Source: Auanema rhodensis (Eukaryota > Animalia > Nematoda). From it: DNA of 64,000 nucleotides. Position 1 is the first letter of the stretch. Each line of letters begins with the position of its first letter. The stretch covers positions 1,302,001 through 1,366,000 of the forward strand of contig OZ059897.1 of NCBI GenBank assembly GCA_964057225.1. Reading direction: 5' to 3'. A program made the translations under genes and the position numbers. The notes under the pieces were generated by a model that saw only the letters and a list, made by a program, of their open reading frames with translations, had not been told where the DNA came from and searched no databases. Below, in pieces: positions 41,701 to 56,193 of this stretch.

Positions 41701-43207
41701 CTAACTCAAATCTGATAACACAGATCGACGCAGCTTAGAAATCCGTTTCGAATGCATTATACTACATTGAGAAACGCTCAATACAAAAATTAGTTATGCT
41801 CGTTTGAAAAATGATTCATTAGTGTATGTTGAGTTTCCATGTACACTCAACATTGCTTCCAAAAACATTTTGACAAAAATTTTCCCGAAAAATTTCAAGA
41901 TAATTTTACAAAAACTAGATGTTTTTAGATTCCTTTTTTTAAGGCAAAGACGATGGACAATGTTATTCAACAAAAAAATTAATTCTTCAGGGTGAAAATC
42001 GAGGATATAAGTGTAAACTTATATCAGTTGATATCTCGGTGCATTTTTAAGCTAGCGCAAATCTGATAACACAGATCGACGCCGCTCAAAAATACGCATC
42101 GAATGCACTATACTACATTGAGAAACGCTCAATACAAAAATTAGTTATGCTCGTTTGAAAAATGATTCATTAGTGTATGTTGAGTTTCCATGTACACTCA
42201 ACATTGCTTCCAAAAACATTTTGACAAAAATTTTCCCGAAAAATTTCAAGATAATTTTACAAAAACTAGATGTTTTTAGATTCCTTTTTTTAAGGCGAAG
42301 ACGATGGACAATGTTATTCAACGAAAAAATTAATTCTTCAGGGTGAAAATCGAGGATATAAGTGTGAACTTATATCAGTTGATATCTCGGTGCATTTTTA
42401 AGCTAGCGCAAATCTGATAACACAGATCGACGCCGCTCAAAAATACGCATCGAATGCACTATACTACATTGAAAAACGCTTAATACAAAAATTAGTTATG
42501 CTCGTTTGAAAAATGATTCATTAGTGTATGTTGAGTTTCCATGTACACTCAACATTGCTTCCAAAAACATTTTGACAAAAATTTTCCCGAAAAATTTCAA
42601 GATAATTTTACAAAAACTAGATGTTTTTAGATTCCTTTTTTTAAGGCGAAGACGATGGACAATGTTATTCAACAAAAAAATTAATTCTTCAGGGTGAAAA
42701 TCGAGGATATAAGTGTGAACTTATATCAGTTGATATCTCGGTGCATTTTTAAGCTAGCGCAAATCTGATAACACAGATCGACGCCGCTCAAAAATACGCA
42801 TCGAATGCACTATACTACATTGAGAAACGCTTAATACAAAAATTAGTTATGCTCGTTTGAAAAATGATTCATTAGTGTATGTTGAGTTTCCATGTACACT
42901 CAACATTGCTTCCAAAAACATTTTGACAAAAATTTTCCCGAAAAATTTCAAGATAATTTTACAAAAACTAGATGTTTTTAGATTCCTTTTTTTAAGGCGA
43001 AGACGATGGACAATGTTATTCAACAAAAAAATTAATTCTTCAGGGTGAAAATCGAGGATATAAGTGTGAACTTATATCAGTTGATATCTCGGTGCATTTT
43101 TAAGCTAGCGCAAATCTGATAACACAGATCGACGCCGCTCAAAAATACGCATCGAATGCACTATACTACATTGAGAAACGCTCAATACAAAAATTAGTTA
43201 TGCTCGT

Positions 43208-45313
43208 TTGAAAAATGATTCATTAGTGTATGTTGAGTTTCCATGTACACTCAACATTGCTTCCAAAAACATTTTGACAAAAATTTTCCCGAAAAATTTC
43301 AAGATAATTTTACAAAAACTAGATGTTTTTAGATTCCTTTTTTTAAGGCGAAAACGATGGACAATGTTATTCAACGAAAAAATTAATTCTTCAGGGTGCA
43401 AATCGAGGATATAAGTGTGAACTTATATCAGTTGATATCTCGGTGCATTTTCAAGCTAGCGCAAATATGATAACACAGATCGACGCAGCTTAAAAATCCG
43501 TTTCGAATGCATTATACTACATTGAGAAACGCTCAATACAAAAATTATTTATGATTGTTTGAAAAAAGATGCATTAGTGTATGTTGAGTTTCCATGTACA
43601 CTCAACATTGCTTCCAAAAACATTTTGACAAAAATTTTCCCGAAAAATTTCAAGATAATTTTACAAAAACTAGATGTTTTTAGATTCCTTTTTTTAAGGC
43701 GAAGACGATGGACAATGTTATTCAACAAAAAAATTAATTCTTCAGGGTGAAAATCGAGGATATAAGTGTGAACTTATATCAGTTGATATCTCGGTGCATT
43801 TTTAAGCTAGCGCAAATCTGATAACACAGATCGACGCCGCTCAAAAATACGCATCGAATGCACTATACTACATTGAGAAACGCTCAATACAACAATTATT
43901 TATGATTGTTTGAAAAAAGATGCATTAGTGTATGTTGAGTTTCCATGTACACTCAACATTGCTTCCAAAAACATTTTGACAAAAATTTTCCCGAAAAATT
44001 TCAAGATAATTTTACAAAAACTAGATGTTTTTAGATTCCTTTTTTTAAGGCGAAGACGATGGACAATGTTATTCAACGAAAAAATTAATTCTTCAGGGTG
44101 AAAATCGAGGATATAAGTGTGAACTTATATCAGTTGATATCTCGGTGCATTTTTAAGCTAGCGCAAATCTGATAACACAGATCGACGCCGCTCAAAAATA
44201 CGCATCGAATGCACTATACTACATTGAGAAACGCTTAATACAAAAATTAGTTATGCTCGTTTGAAAAATGATTCATTAGTGTATGTTGAGTTTCCATGTA
44301 CACTCAACATTGCTTCCAAAAACATTTTGACAAAAATTTTCCCGAAAAATTTCAAGATAATTTTACAAAAACTAGATGTTTTTAGATTCCTTTTTTTAAG
44401 GCGAAAACGATGGACAATGTTATTCAACAAAAAAATTAATTCTTCAGGGTGAAAATCGAGGATATAAGTGTGAACTTATATCAGTTGATATCTCGGTGCA
44501 TTTTCAAGCTAGCGCAAATATGATAACACAGATCGACGCAGCTTAAAAATCCGTTTCGAATGCATTATACTACATTGAGAAACGCTCAATACAAAAATTA
44601 GTTATGCTCGTTTGAAAAATGATGCATTAGTGTATGTTGAGTTTCCATGTACACTCAACATTGCTTCCAAAAACATTTTGACAAAAATTTTCCCGAAAAA
44701 TTTCAAGATAATTTTACAAAAACTAGATGTTTTTAGATTCCTTTTTTTAAGGCGAAGACGATGGACAATGTTATTCAACAAAAAAATTAATTCTTCAGGG
44801 TGAAAATCGAGGATATAAGTGTGAACTTATATCAGTTGATATCTCGGTGCATTTTTAAGCTAGCGCAAATCTGATAACACAGATCGACGCCGCTCAAAAA
44901 TACGCATCGAATGCACTATACTACATTGAGAAACGCTCAATACAACAATTATTTATGATTGTTTGAAAAAAGATGCATTAGTGTATGTTGAGTTTCCATG
45001 TACACTCAACATTGCTTCCAAAAACATTTTGACAAAAATTTTCCCGAAAAATTTCAAGATAATTTTACAAAAACTAGATGTTTTTAGATTCCTTTTTTTA
45101 AGGCGAAGACGATGGACAATGTTATTCAACGAAAAAATTAATTCTTCAGGGTGAAAATCGAGGATATAAGTGTGAACTTATATCAGTTGATATCTCGGTG
45201 CATTTTTAAGCTAGCGCAAATCTGATAACACAGATCGACGCCGCTCAAAAATACGCATCGAATGCACTATACTACATTGAGAAACGCTTAATACAAAAAT
45301 TAGTTATGCTCGT
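43208..45313. repeat. 3-mer higher-order repeat (1053 bp) x2, imperfect
   Basis: CAAATATGA at 43462 and 44515, and ACAACAATT at 43889 and 44942, are both 1053 bp apart. Confidence 0.85.
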
Positions 45314-48120
45314 TTGAAAAATGATTCATTAGTGTATGTTGAGTTTCCATGTACACTCAACATTGCTTCCAAAAACATTTTGACAAAAATTTTCCCGAAA
45401 AATTTCAAGATAATTTTACAAAAACTAGATGTTTTTAGATTCCTTTTTTTAAGGCGAAGACGATGGACAATGTTATTCAACAAAAAAATTAATTCTTCAG
45501 GGTGAAAATCGAGGATATAAGTGTGAACTTATATCAGTTGATATCTCGGTGCATTTTTAAGCTAGCGCAAATCTGATAACACAGATCGACGCCGCTCAAA
45601 AATACGCATCGAATGCACTATACTACATTGAGAAACGCTCAATACAAAAATTAGTTATGCTCGTTTGAAAAATGATTCATTAGTGTATGTTGAGTTTCCA
45701 TGTACACTCAACATTGCTTCCAAAAACATTTTGACAAAAATTTTCCCGAAAAATTTCAAGATAATTTTACAAAAACTAGATGTTTTTAGATTCCTTTTTT
45801 TAAGGCGAAGACGATGGACAATGTTATTCAACGAAAAAATTAATTCTTCAGGGTGAAAATCGAGGATATAAGTGTGAACTTATATCAGTTGATATCTCGG
45901 TGCATTTTTAAGCTAGCGCAAATCTGATAACACAGATCGACGCCGCTCAAAAATACGCATCGAATGCACTATACTACATTGAGAAACGCTTAATACAAAA
46001 ATTAGTTATGCTCGTTTGAAAAATGATTCATTAGTGTATGTTGAGTTTCCATGTACACTCAACATTGCTTCCAAAAACATTTTGACAAAAATTTTCCCGA
46101 AAAATTTCAAGATAATTTTACAAAAACTAGATGTTTTTAGATTCCTTTTTTTAAGGCGAAGACGATGGACAATGTTATTCAACAAAAAAATTAATTCTTC
46201 AGGGTGAAAATCGAGGATATAAGTGTGAACTTATATCAGTTGATATCTCGGTGCATTTTTAAGCTAGCGCAAATCTGATAACACAGATCGACGCCGCTCA
46301 AAAATACGCATCGAATGCACTATACTACATTGAGAAACGCTCAATACAAAAATTAGTTATGCTCGTTTGAAAAATGATTCATTAGTGTATGTTGAGTTTC
46401 CATGTACACTCAACATTGCTTCCAAAAACATTTTGACAAAAATTTTCCCGAAAAATTTCAAGATAATTTTACAAAAACTAGATGTTTTTAGATTCCTTTT
46501 TTTAAGGCGAAGACGATGGACAATGTTATTCAACGAAAAAATTAATTCTTCAGGGTGAAAATCGAGGATATAAGTGTGAACTTATATCAGTTGATATCTC
46601 GGTGCATTTTTAAGCTAGCGCAAATCTGATAACACAGATCGACGCCGCTCAAAAATACGCATCGAATGCACTATACTACATTGAGAAACGCTTAATACAA
46701 AAATTAGTTATGCTCGTTTGAAAAATGATTCATTAGTGTATGTTGAGTTTCCATGTACACTCAACATTGCTTCCAAAAACATTTTGACAAAAATTTTCCC
46801 GAAAAATTTCAAGATAATTTTACAAAAACTAGATGTTTTTAGATTCCTTTTTGTGAGGCGAAGACGATGGACAATGTTATTCAACAAAAAAATTAATTCT
46901 TCAGGGTGAAAATCGAGGATATAAGTGTGAACTTATATCAGTTGATATCTCGGTGCATTTTTAAGCTAGCGCAAATCTGATAACACAGATCGACGCCGCT
47001 CAAAAATACGCATCGAATGCACTATACTACATTGAGAAACGCTCAATACAAAAATTAGTTATGCTCGTTTGAAAAATGATTCATTAGTGTATGTTGAGTT
47101 TCCATGTACACTCAACATTGCTTCCAAAAACATTTTGACAAAAATTTTCCCGAAAAATTTCAAGATAATTTTACAAAAACTAGATGTTTTTAGATTCCTT
47201 TTTTTAAGGCGAAGACGATGGACAATGTTATTCAACGAAAAAATTAATTCTTCAGGGTGAAAATCGAGGATATAAGTGTGAACTTATATCAGTTGATATC
47301 TCGGTGCATTTTTAAGCTAGCGCAAATCTGATAACACAGATCGACGCCGCTCAAAAATACGCATCGAATGCACTATACTACATTGAGAAACGCTTAATAC
47401 AAAAATTAGTTATGCTCGTTTGAAAAATGATTCATTAGTGTATGTTGAGTTTCCATGTACACTCAACATTGCTTCCAAAAACATTTTGACAAAAATTTTC
47501 CCGAAAAATTTCAAGATAATTTTACAAAAACTAGATGTTTTTAGATTCCTTTTTGTGAGGCGAAGACGATGGACAATGTTATTCAACAAAAAAATTAATT
47601 CTTCAGGGTGAAAATCGAGGATATAAGTGTGAACTTATATCAGTTGATATCTCGGTGCATTTTTAAGCTAGCGCAAATCTGATAACACAGATCGACGCCG
47701 CTCAAAAATACGCATCGAATGCACTATACTACATTGAGAAACGCTCAATACAAAAATTAGTTATGCTCGTTTGAAAAATGATTCATTAGTGTATGTTGAG
47801 TTTCCATGTACACTCAACATTGCTTCCAAAAACATTTTGACAAAAATTTTCCCGAAAAATTTCAAGATAATTTTACAAAAACTAGATGTTTTTAGATTCC
47901 TTTTTTTAAGGCGAAGACGATGGACAATGTTATTCAACAAAAAAATTAATTCTTCAGGGTGAAAATCGAGGATATAAGTGTGAACTTATATCAGTTGATA
48001 TCTCGGTGCATTTTTAAGCTAGCGCAAATCTGATAACACAGATCGACGCCGCTCAAAAATACGCATCGAATGCACTATACTACATTGAGAAACGCTCAAT
48101 ACAACAATTATTTATGATTG
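45314..48120. repeat. 2-mer higher-order repeat (702 bp), ~4 copies
   Basis: AACAAAA/AACGAAA and CGCTCAAT/CGCTTAAT monomers alternate. The private variant GTGAGG occurs at 46853 and 47555, 702 bp apart. Confidence 0.85.
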
Positions 48121-48822
48121 TTTGAAAAAAGATGCATTAGTGTATGTTGAGTTTCCATGTACACTCAACATTGCTTCCAAAAACATTTTGACAAAAATTT
48201 TCCCGAAAAATTTCAAGATAATTTTACAAAAACTAGATGTTTTTAGATTCCTTTTTTTAAGGCGAAGACGATGGACAATGTTATTCAACAAAAAAATTAA
48301 TTCTTCAGGGTGAAAATCGAGGATATAAGTGTGAACTTATATCAGTTGATATCTCGGTGCATTTTTAAGCTAGCGCAAATCTAATAACAAAGATCGACGC
48401 AGCTTAAAAATCCGTTTCGAATGCACTATACTACATTGAGAAACGCTCAATACAAAAATTATTTATGATTGTTTGAAAAAAGATGCATTAGTGTATGTTG
48501 AGTTTCCATGTACACTCAACATTTCTTCCAAAAAAATTTGGCAAAAATTTTCCCGAAAAATTTCAAGATAATTTTACAAAAAGTAGATGTTTTTGAATTT
48601 CTTTTTTTAAGGCAAAAACGATGGACAATGTTATTCAACGAAAAAATTAATTCTTCAGGGTGAAAATCGAGGATATAAGTGTGAACTTATATCAATTGAT
48701 ATCTCGGTGCATTTTTAAGCTAACTCAAATCTGATAACACAGATCGACGCAGCTTAAAAATCCGTTTCGAATGCACTATACTACATTGAGAAACGCTCAA
48801 TACAAAAATTATTTATGATTGT

Positions 48823-51800
48823 TTGAAAAAAGATGCATTAGTGTATGTTGAGTTTCCATGTACACTCAACATTGCTTCCAAAAACATTTTGACAAAAATT
48901 TTCCCGAAAAATTTCAAGATAATTTTACAAAAACTAGATGTTTTTAGATTCCTTTTTTTAAGGCGAAAACGATGGACAATGTTATTCAACGAAAAAATTG
49001 ATTCTTCAGGGTGAAAATCGAGGATATAAGTGTGAACTTATATCAGTTGATATATCGGTGCATTTTTGAGCTAGCGCAAATCTGATAACACAGATCGACG
49101 CAGCTTAAAAATCCGCATCGAATGCACTATCCTACATTGAGAAACGCTTAATACAAAAATTAGTTATGCTCGTTTGAAAAATGATTCATTAGTGTATGTT
49201 GAGTTTCCATGTACACTCAACATTGCTTCCAAAAACATTTTCACAAAAATTTTCCCGAAAAATTTCAAGATAATTTTACAAAAAGTAGATGTTTTTGAAT
49301 TTCTTTTTTTAAGGCAAAAACGATGGACAATGTTATTCAACGAAAAAATTAATTCTTCAGGGTGAAAATCGAGGATATAAGTGTGAACTTATATCAATTG
49401 ATATCTCGGTGCATTTTTAAGCTAACTCAAATCTGATAACACAGATCGACGCAGCTTAAAAATCCGTTTCGAATGCACTATACTACATGGATAAACGCTC
49501 AATACAACAATTATTTATGATTGTTTGAAAAAAGATGCATTAGTGTATGTTGAGTTTCCATGTACACTCAACATTGCTTCCAAAAACATTTTGACAAAAA
49601 TTTTCCCGAAAAATTTCAAGATAATTTTACAAAAAGTAGATGTTTTTGAATTTCTTTTTTTAAGGCAAAAACGATGGACAATGTTATTCAACGAAAAAAT
49701 TAATTCTTCAGGGTGAAAATCGAGGATATAAGTGTGAACTTATATCAATTGATATCTCGGTGCATTTTTAAGCTAACTCAAATCTGATAACACAGATCGA
49801 CGCAGCTTAAAAATTCGTTTCGAATGCACTATACTACATTGAGAAACGCTCAATACAAAAATTATTTATGATTGTTTGAAAAAAGATGCATTAGTGTATG
49901 TTGAGTTTCCATGTACACTCAACATTGCTTCCAAAAACATTTTGACAAAAATTTTCCCGAAAAATTTCAAGATAATTTTACAAAAACTAGATGCTTTTAG
50001 ATTTCTTTTTTTAAGGCGAAGACGATGGACAATGTTATTCAACGAAAAAATTAATTCTTCAGGGTGAAAATCGAGGATATAAGTGTGAACTTATATCAAT
50101 TGATATCTCGGTGCATTTTTAAGCTAACTCAAATCTGATAACACAGATCGACGCAGCTTAAAAATCCGCATCGAATGCACTATACTACATTGAGAAACGC
50201 TCAATACAAAAATTATTTATGATTGTTTCAAAAATGATGCATTAGTGTATGTTGAGTTTCCATGTACACTCAACATTGCTTCCAAAAACATTTTGACAAA
50301 AATTTTCCCGAAAAATTTCAAGATAATTTTACAAAAACTAGATGTTTTTAGATTCCTTTTTTCAAGGCAAAGACGATGGACAATGTTATTCAACGAAAAA
50401 ATTAATTCTTCAGGGTGAAAATCGAGGATATAAGTGTGAACTTATATCAGTTGATATCTCGGTGAATTTTTAAGCTAACTCAAATCTGATAATACAGATC
50501 GACGCAGCTTAAAAATCCGTTTCGAATGCACTATACTACATTGAGAAACGCTCAATACAAAAATTATTTATGATTGTTTGAAAAAAGATGCATTAGTGTA
50601 TGTTGAGTTTCCATGTACACTCAACATTGCTTCCAAAAACATTTTGACAAAAATTTTCCCGAAAAATTTCAAGATAATTTTACAGAAACTAGATGTTTTT
50701 AGATTCCTTTTTTTAAGGCGAAAACGATGGACAATGTTATTCAACGAAAAAATTAATTCTTCAGGGTGAAAATCGAGGATATAAGTGTGAACTTATATCA
50801 GTTGATATCTCGGTGAATTTTTAAGCTAGCGCAAATCTGACAACACAGATCGACGCAGCTTAAAAATCCGCATCGAATGCACTATACTACATTGAGAAAC
50901 GCTCAATACAAAAATTAGTTATGATCGTTTGAAAAATGATGCATTAGTGTATGTTGAGTTTCCATGTACACTCAACATTGCTTCCAAAAACATTTTGACA
51001 AAAATTTTCCCGAAAAATTTCAAGATAATTTTACAAAAAGTAGATGTTTTTGAATTTCTTTTTTTAAGGCGAAAACGATGGACAATGTTATTCAACGAAA
51101 AAATTAATTCTTCAGGGTGAAAATCGAGGATATAAGTGTGAACTTATATCAGTTGATATCTCGGTGCATTTTTAAGCTAACTCAAATCTGATAACACAGA
51201 TCGACGCAGCTTAAAAATCCGCATCGAATGCACTAAACTACATTGAGAAACGCTCAATACAAAAATTATTTATGATTGTTTGAAAAAAGATGCATTAGTG
51301 TATGTTGAGTTTCCATGTACACTCAACATTGCTTCCAAAAACATTTTGACAAAAATTTTCCCGAAAAATTTCAAGATAATTTTACAGAAACTAGATGTTT
51401 TTAGATTCCTTTTTTCAAGGCAAAGACGATGGACAATGTTATTCAACAAAAAAATTAATTCTTCAGGGTGAAAATCGAGGATATAAGTGTGAACTTATAT
51501 CAATTGATATCTCGGTGCATTTTTAAGCTAACTCAAATCTGATAACACAGATCGACGCAGCTTAAAAATCCGTTTCGAATGCACTATACTACATTGAGAA
51601 ACGCTCAATACAAAAATTATTTATGATTGTTTGAAAAAAGATGCATTAGTGTATGTTGAGTTTCCATGTACACTCAACATTGCTTCCAAAAACATTTTGA
51701 CAAAAATTTTCCCGAAAAATTTCAAGATAATTTTACAAAAACTAGATGTTTTTAGATTCCTTTTTTTAAGGCGAAAACGATGGACAATGTTATTCAACGA

Positions 51801-54087
51801 AAAAATTGATTCTTCAGGGTGAAAATCGAGGATATAAGTGTGAACTTATATCAGTTGATATATCGGTGCATTTTTGAGCTAGCGCAAATCTGATAACACA
51901 GATCGACGCAGCTTAAAAATCCGCATCGAATGCACTATCCTACATTGAGAAACGCTTAATACAAAAATTAGTTATGCTCGTTTGAAAAATGATTCATTAG
52001 TGTATGTTGAGTTTCCATGTACACTCAACATTGCTTCCAAAAACATTTTGACAAAAATTTTCGCGAAAAATTTCAAGATAATTTTACAAAAACTAGATGT
52101 TTTTGAATTTCTTTTTTTAAGGCAAAAACGATGGACAATGTTATTCAACGAAAAAATTAATTCTTCAGGGTGAAAATCGAGGATATAAGTGTGAACTTAT
52201 ATCAATTGATATCTCGGTGCATTTTTAAGCTAACTCAAATCTGATAACACAGATCGACGCAGCTTAAAAATTCGTTTCGAATGCACTATACTACATTGAG
52301 AAACGCTCAATACAAAAATTATTTATGATTGTTTGAAAAAAGATGCATTAGTGTATGTTGAGTTTCCATGTACACTCAACATTGCTTCCAAAAACATTTT
52401 GACAAAAATTTTCGCGAAAAATTTCAAGATAATTTTACAAAAACTAGATGCTTTTAGATTTCTTTTTTTAAGGCGAAGACGATGGACAATGTTATTCAAC
52501 GAAAAAATTAATTCTTCAGGGTGAAAATCGAGGATATAAGTGTGAACTTATATCAATTGATATCTCGGTGCATTTTTAAGCTAACTCAAATCTGATAACA
52601 CAGATCGACGCAGCTTAAAAATCCGCATCGAATGCACTATACTACATTGAGAAACGCTCAATACAAAAATTATTTATGATTGTTTCAAAAATGATGCATT
52701 AGTGTATGTTGAGTTTCCATGTACACTCAACATTGCTTCCAAAAACATTTTGACAAAAATTTTCCCGAAAAATTTCAAGATAATTTTACAAAAACTAGAT
52801 GTTTTTAGATTCCTTTTTTCAAGGCAAAGACGATGGACAATGTTATTCAACGAAAAAATTAATTCTTCAGGGTGAAAATCGAGGATATAAGTGTGAACTT
52901 ATATCAGTTGATATCTCGGTGAATTTTTAAGCTAACTCAAATCTGATAACACAGATCGACGCAGCTTAAAAATCCGTTTCGAATGCACTATACTACATTG
53001 AGAAACGCTCAATACAAAAATTATTTATGATTGTTTGAAAAAAGATGCATTAGTGTATGTTGAGTTTCCATGTACACTCAACATTGCTTCCAAAAACATT
53101 TTGACAAAAATTTTCCCGAAAAATTTCAAGATAATTTTACAGAAACTAGATGTTTTTAGATTCCTTTTTTTAAGGCGAAAACGATGGACAATGTTATTCA
53201 ACGAAAAAATTAATTCTTCAGGGTGAAAATCGAGGATATAAGTGTGAACTTATATCAGTTGATATCTCGGTGAATTTTTAAGCTAGCGCAAATCTGACAA
53301 CACAGATCGACGCAGCTTAAAAATCCGCATCGAATGCACTATACTACATTGAGAAACGCTCAATACAAAAATTAGTTATGATCGTTTGAAAAATGATGCA
53401 TTAGTGTATGTTGAGTTTCCATGTACACTCAACATTGCTTCCAAAAACATTTTGACAAAAATTTTCCCGAAAAATTTCAAGATAATTTTACAAAAAGTAG
53501 ATGTTTTTGAATTTCTTTTTTTAAGGCGAAAACGATGGACAATGTTATTCAACGAAAAAATTAATTCTTCAGGGTGAAAATCGAGGATATAAGTGTGAAC
53601 TTATATCAGTTGATATCTCGGTGCATTTTTAAGCTAACTCAAATCTGATAACACAGATCGACGCAGCTTAAAAATCCGCATCGAATGCACTAAACTACAT
53701 TGAGAAACGCTCAATACAAAAATTATTTATGATTGTTTGAAAAAAGATGCATTAGTGTATGTTGAGTTTCCATGTACACTCAACATTGCTTCCAAAAACA
53801 TTTTGACAAAAATTTTCCCGAAAAATTTCAAGATAATTTTACAGAAACTAGATGTTTTTAGATTCCTTTTTTCAAGGCAAAGACGATGGACAATGTTATT
53901 CAACAAAAAAATTAATTCTTCAGGGTGAAAATCGAGGATATAAGTGTGAACTTATATCAGTTGATATCTCGGTGCATTTTTAAGCTAACTCAAATCTGAT
54001 AACACAGATCGACGCAGCTTAAAAATCCGCATCGAATGCACTATACTACATTGAGAAACGCTCAATACAAAAATTATTTATGATTGT
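48823..54087. repeat. 8-mer block followed by a 7-mer copy (one monomer gained or lost)
   Basis: CATTTTTGAG at 49061 and 51869 are 2808 bp (8 monomers) apart. The GATGCTTTT monomers 49876/52333 and TTTCAAAAAT monomers 50227/52684 are 2457 bp (7 monomers) apart. Confidence 0.88.
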
Positions 54088-56193
54088 TTGAAAAAAGATG
54101 CATTAGTGTATGTTGAGTTTCCATGTACACTCAACATTGCTTCCAAAAACATTTTGACAAAAAATTTCCCGAAAAATTTCAAGATAATTTTACAAAAAGT
54201 AGATGTTTTTGAATTTCTTTTTTTAAGGCGAAAACGATGGACAATGTTATTCAACGAAAAAATTAATTCTTCAGGGTGAAAATCGAGGATATAAGTGTGA
54301 ACTTATATCAATTGATGTCTCGGTGCATTTTTAAGCTAGCGCAAATCTGATAACACAGATCGACGCAGCTTAAAAATCCGCATCGAATGCACTATACTAC
54401 ATTGAGAAACGCTCAATACAAAAATTATTTATGATTGTTTGAAAAAAGATGCATTAGTGTATGTTGAGTTTCCATGTACACTCAACATTGCTTCCAAAAA
54501 CATTTTGACAAAAATTTTCCCGAAAAATTTCAAGATAATTTTACAAAAACTAGATGTTTTCAGATTCCTTTTTTCAAGGCAAAGACGATGGACAATGTTA
54601 TTCAACGAAAAAATTAATTCTTCAGGGTGAAAATCGAGGATATAAGTGTGAACTTATATCAGTTGATATCTCGGTGAATTTTTAAGCTAACTCAAATCTG
54701 ATAACACAGATCGACGCAGCTTAAAAATCCGTTTCGAATGCACTATACTACATTGAGAAACGCTCAATACAAAAATTATTTATGATTGTTTGAAAAAAGA
54801 TGCATTAGTGTATGTTGAGTTTCCATGTACACTCAACATTGCTTCCAAAAACATTTTGACAAAAATTTTCCCGAAAAATTTCAAGATAATTTTACAAAAA
54901 GTAGATGTTTTTGAATTTCTTTTTTTAAGGCGAAAACGATGGACAATGTTATTCAACGAAAAAATTAATTCTTCAGGGTGAAAATCGAGGATATAAGTGT
55001 GAACTTATATCAGTTGATATCTCGGTGCATTTTTAAGCTAACTCAAATCTGATAACACAGATCGACGCAGCTTAAAAATCCGCATCGAATGCACTAAACT
55101 ACATTGAGAAACGCTCAATACAAAAATTATTTATGATTGTTTGAAAAAAGATGCATTAGTGTATGTTGAGTTTCCATGTACACTCAACATTGCTTCCAAA
55201 AACATTTTGACAAAAATTTTCCCGAAAAATTTCAAGATAATTTTACAGAAACTAGATGTTTTTAGATTCCTTTTTTCAAGGCAAAGACGATGGACAATGT
55301 TATTCAACAAAAAAATTAATTCTTCAGGGTGAAAATCGAGGATATAAGTGTGAACTTATATCAGTTGATATCTCGGTGCATTTTTAAGCTAACTCAAATC
55401 TGATAACACAGATCGACGCAGCTTAAAAATCCGCATCGAATGCACTATACTACATTGAGAAACGCTCAATACAAAAATTATTTATGATTGTTTGAAAAAA
55501 GATGCATTAGTGTATGTTGAGTTTCCATGTACACTCAACATTGCTTCCAAAAACATTTTGACAAAAAATTTCCCGAAAAATTTCAAGATAATTTTACAAA
55601 AAGTAGATGTTTTTGAATTTCTTTTTTTAAGGCGAAAACGATGGACAATGTTATTCAACGAAAAAATTAATTCTTCAGGGTGAAAATCGAGGATATAAGT
55701 GTGAACTTATATCAATTGATGTCTCGGTGCATTTTTAAGCTAGCGCAAATCTGATAACACAGATCGACGCAGCTTAAAAATCCGCATCGAATGCACTATA
55801 CTACATTGAGAAACGCTCAATACAAAAATTATTTATGATTGTTTGAAAAAAGATGCATTAGTGTATGTTGAGTTTCCATGTACACTCAACATTGCTTCCA
55901 AAAACATTTTGACAAAAATTTTCCCGAAAAATTTCAAGATAATTTTACAAAAACTAGATGTTTTCAGATTCCTTTTTTCAAGGCAAAGACGATGGACAAT
56001 GTTATTCAACGAAAAAATTAATTCTTCAGGGTGAAAATCGAGGATATAAGTGTGAACTTATATCAGTTGATATCTCGGTGAATTTTTAAGCTAACTCAAA
56101 TCTGATAACACAGATCGACGCAGCTTAAAAATCCGTTTCGAATGCACTATACTACATTGAGAAACGCTCAATACAAAAATTATTTATGATTGT
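53386..56193. repeat. 4-mer higher-order repeat (1404 bp) x2
   Basis: AAAAATTTCCCG ('TKNF') monomers 54088/55492, TTTTCAGA monomers 54439/55843 and GATGTCTCGG at ~54314/~55718 all recur at 1404 bp. Confidence 0.9.

Larger units (their letters stand above)
32300..48100. repeat. Subfamily domain 'S' (TAGTTATGCTCGTTTGAAAAATGATTCA, AAACTAGAT, AGGCGAAGA), highly homogeneous
   Basis: Nearly all monomers from 32433 to 47771 read 'NDSL...KLDVF...RRRR' in the ORF track. A few K-type monomers lie at 43559, 43910 and 44963. Confidence 0.88.

Noticed and set aside
43198-43414. 68-aa plus-strand and 67-aa minus-strand ORFs
   Set aside because: Both arise from one substitution (GGGTGA to GGGTGC at ~43399) in a single monomer.
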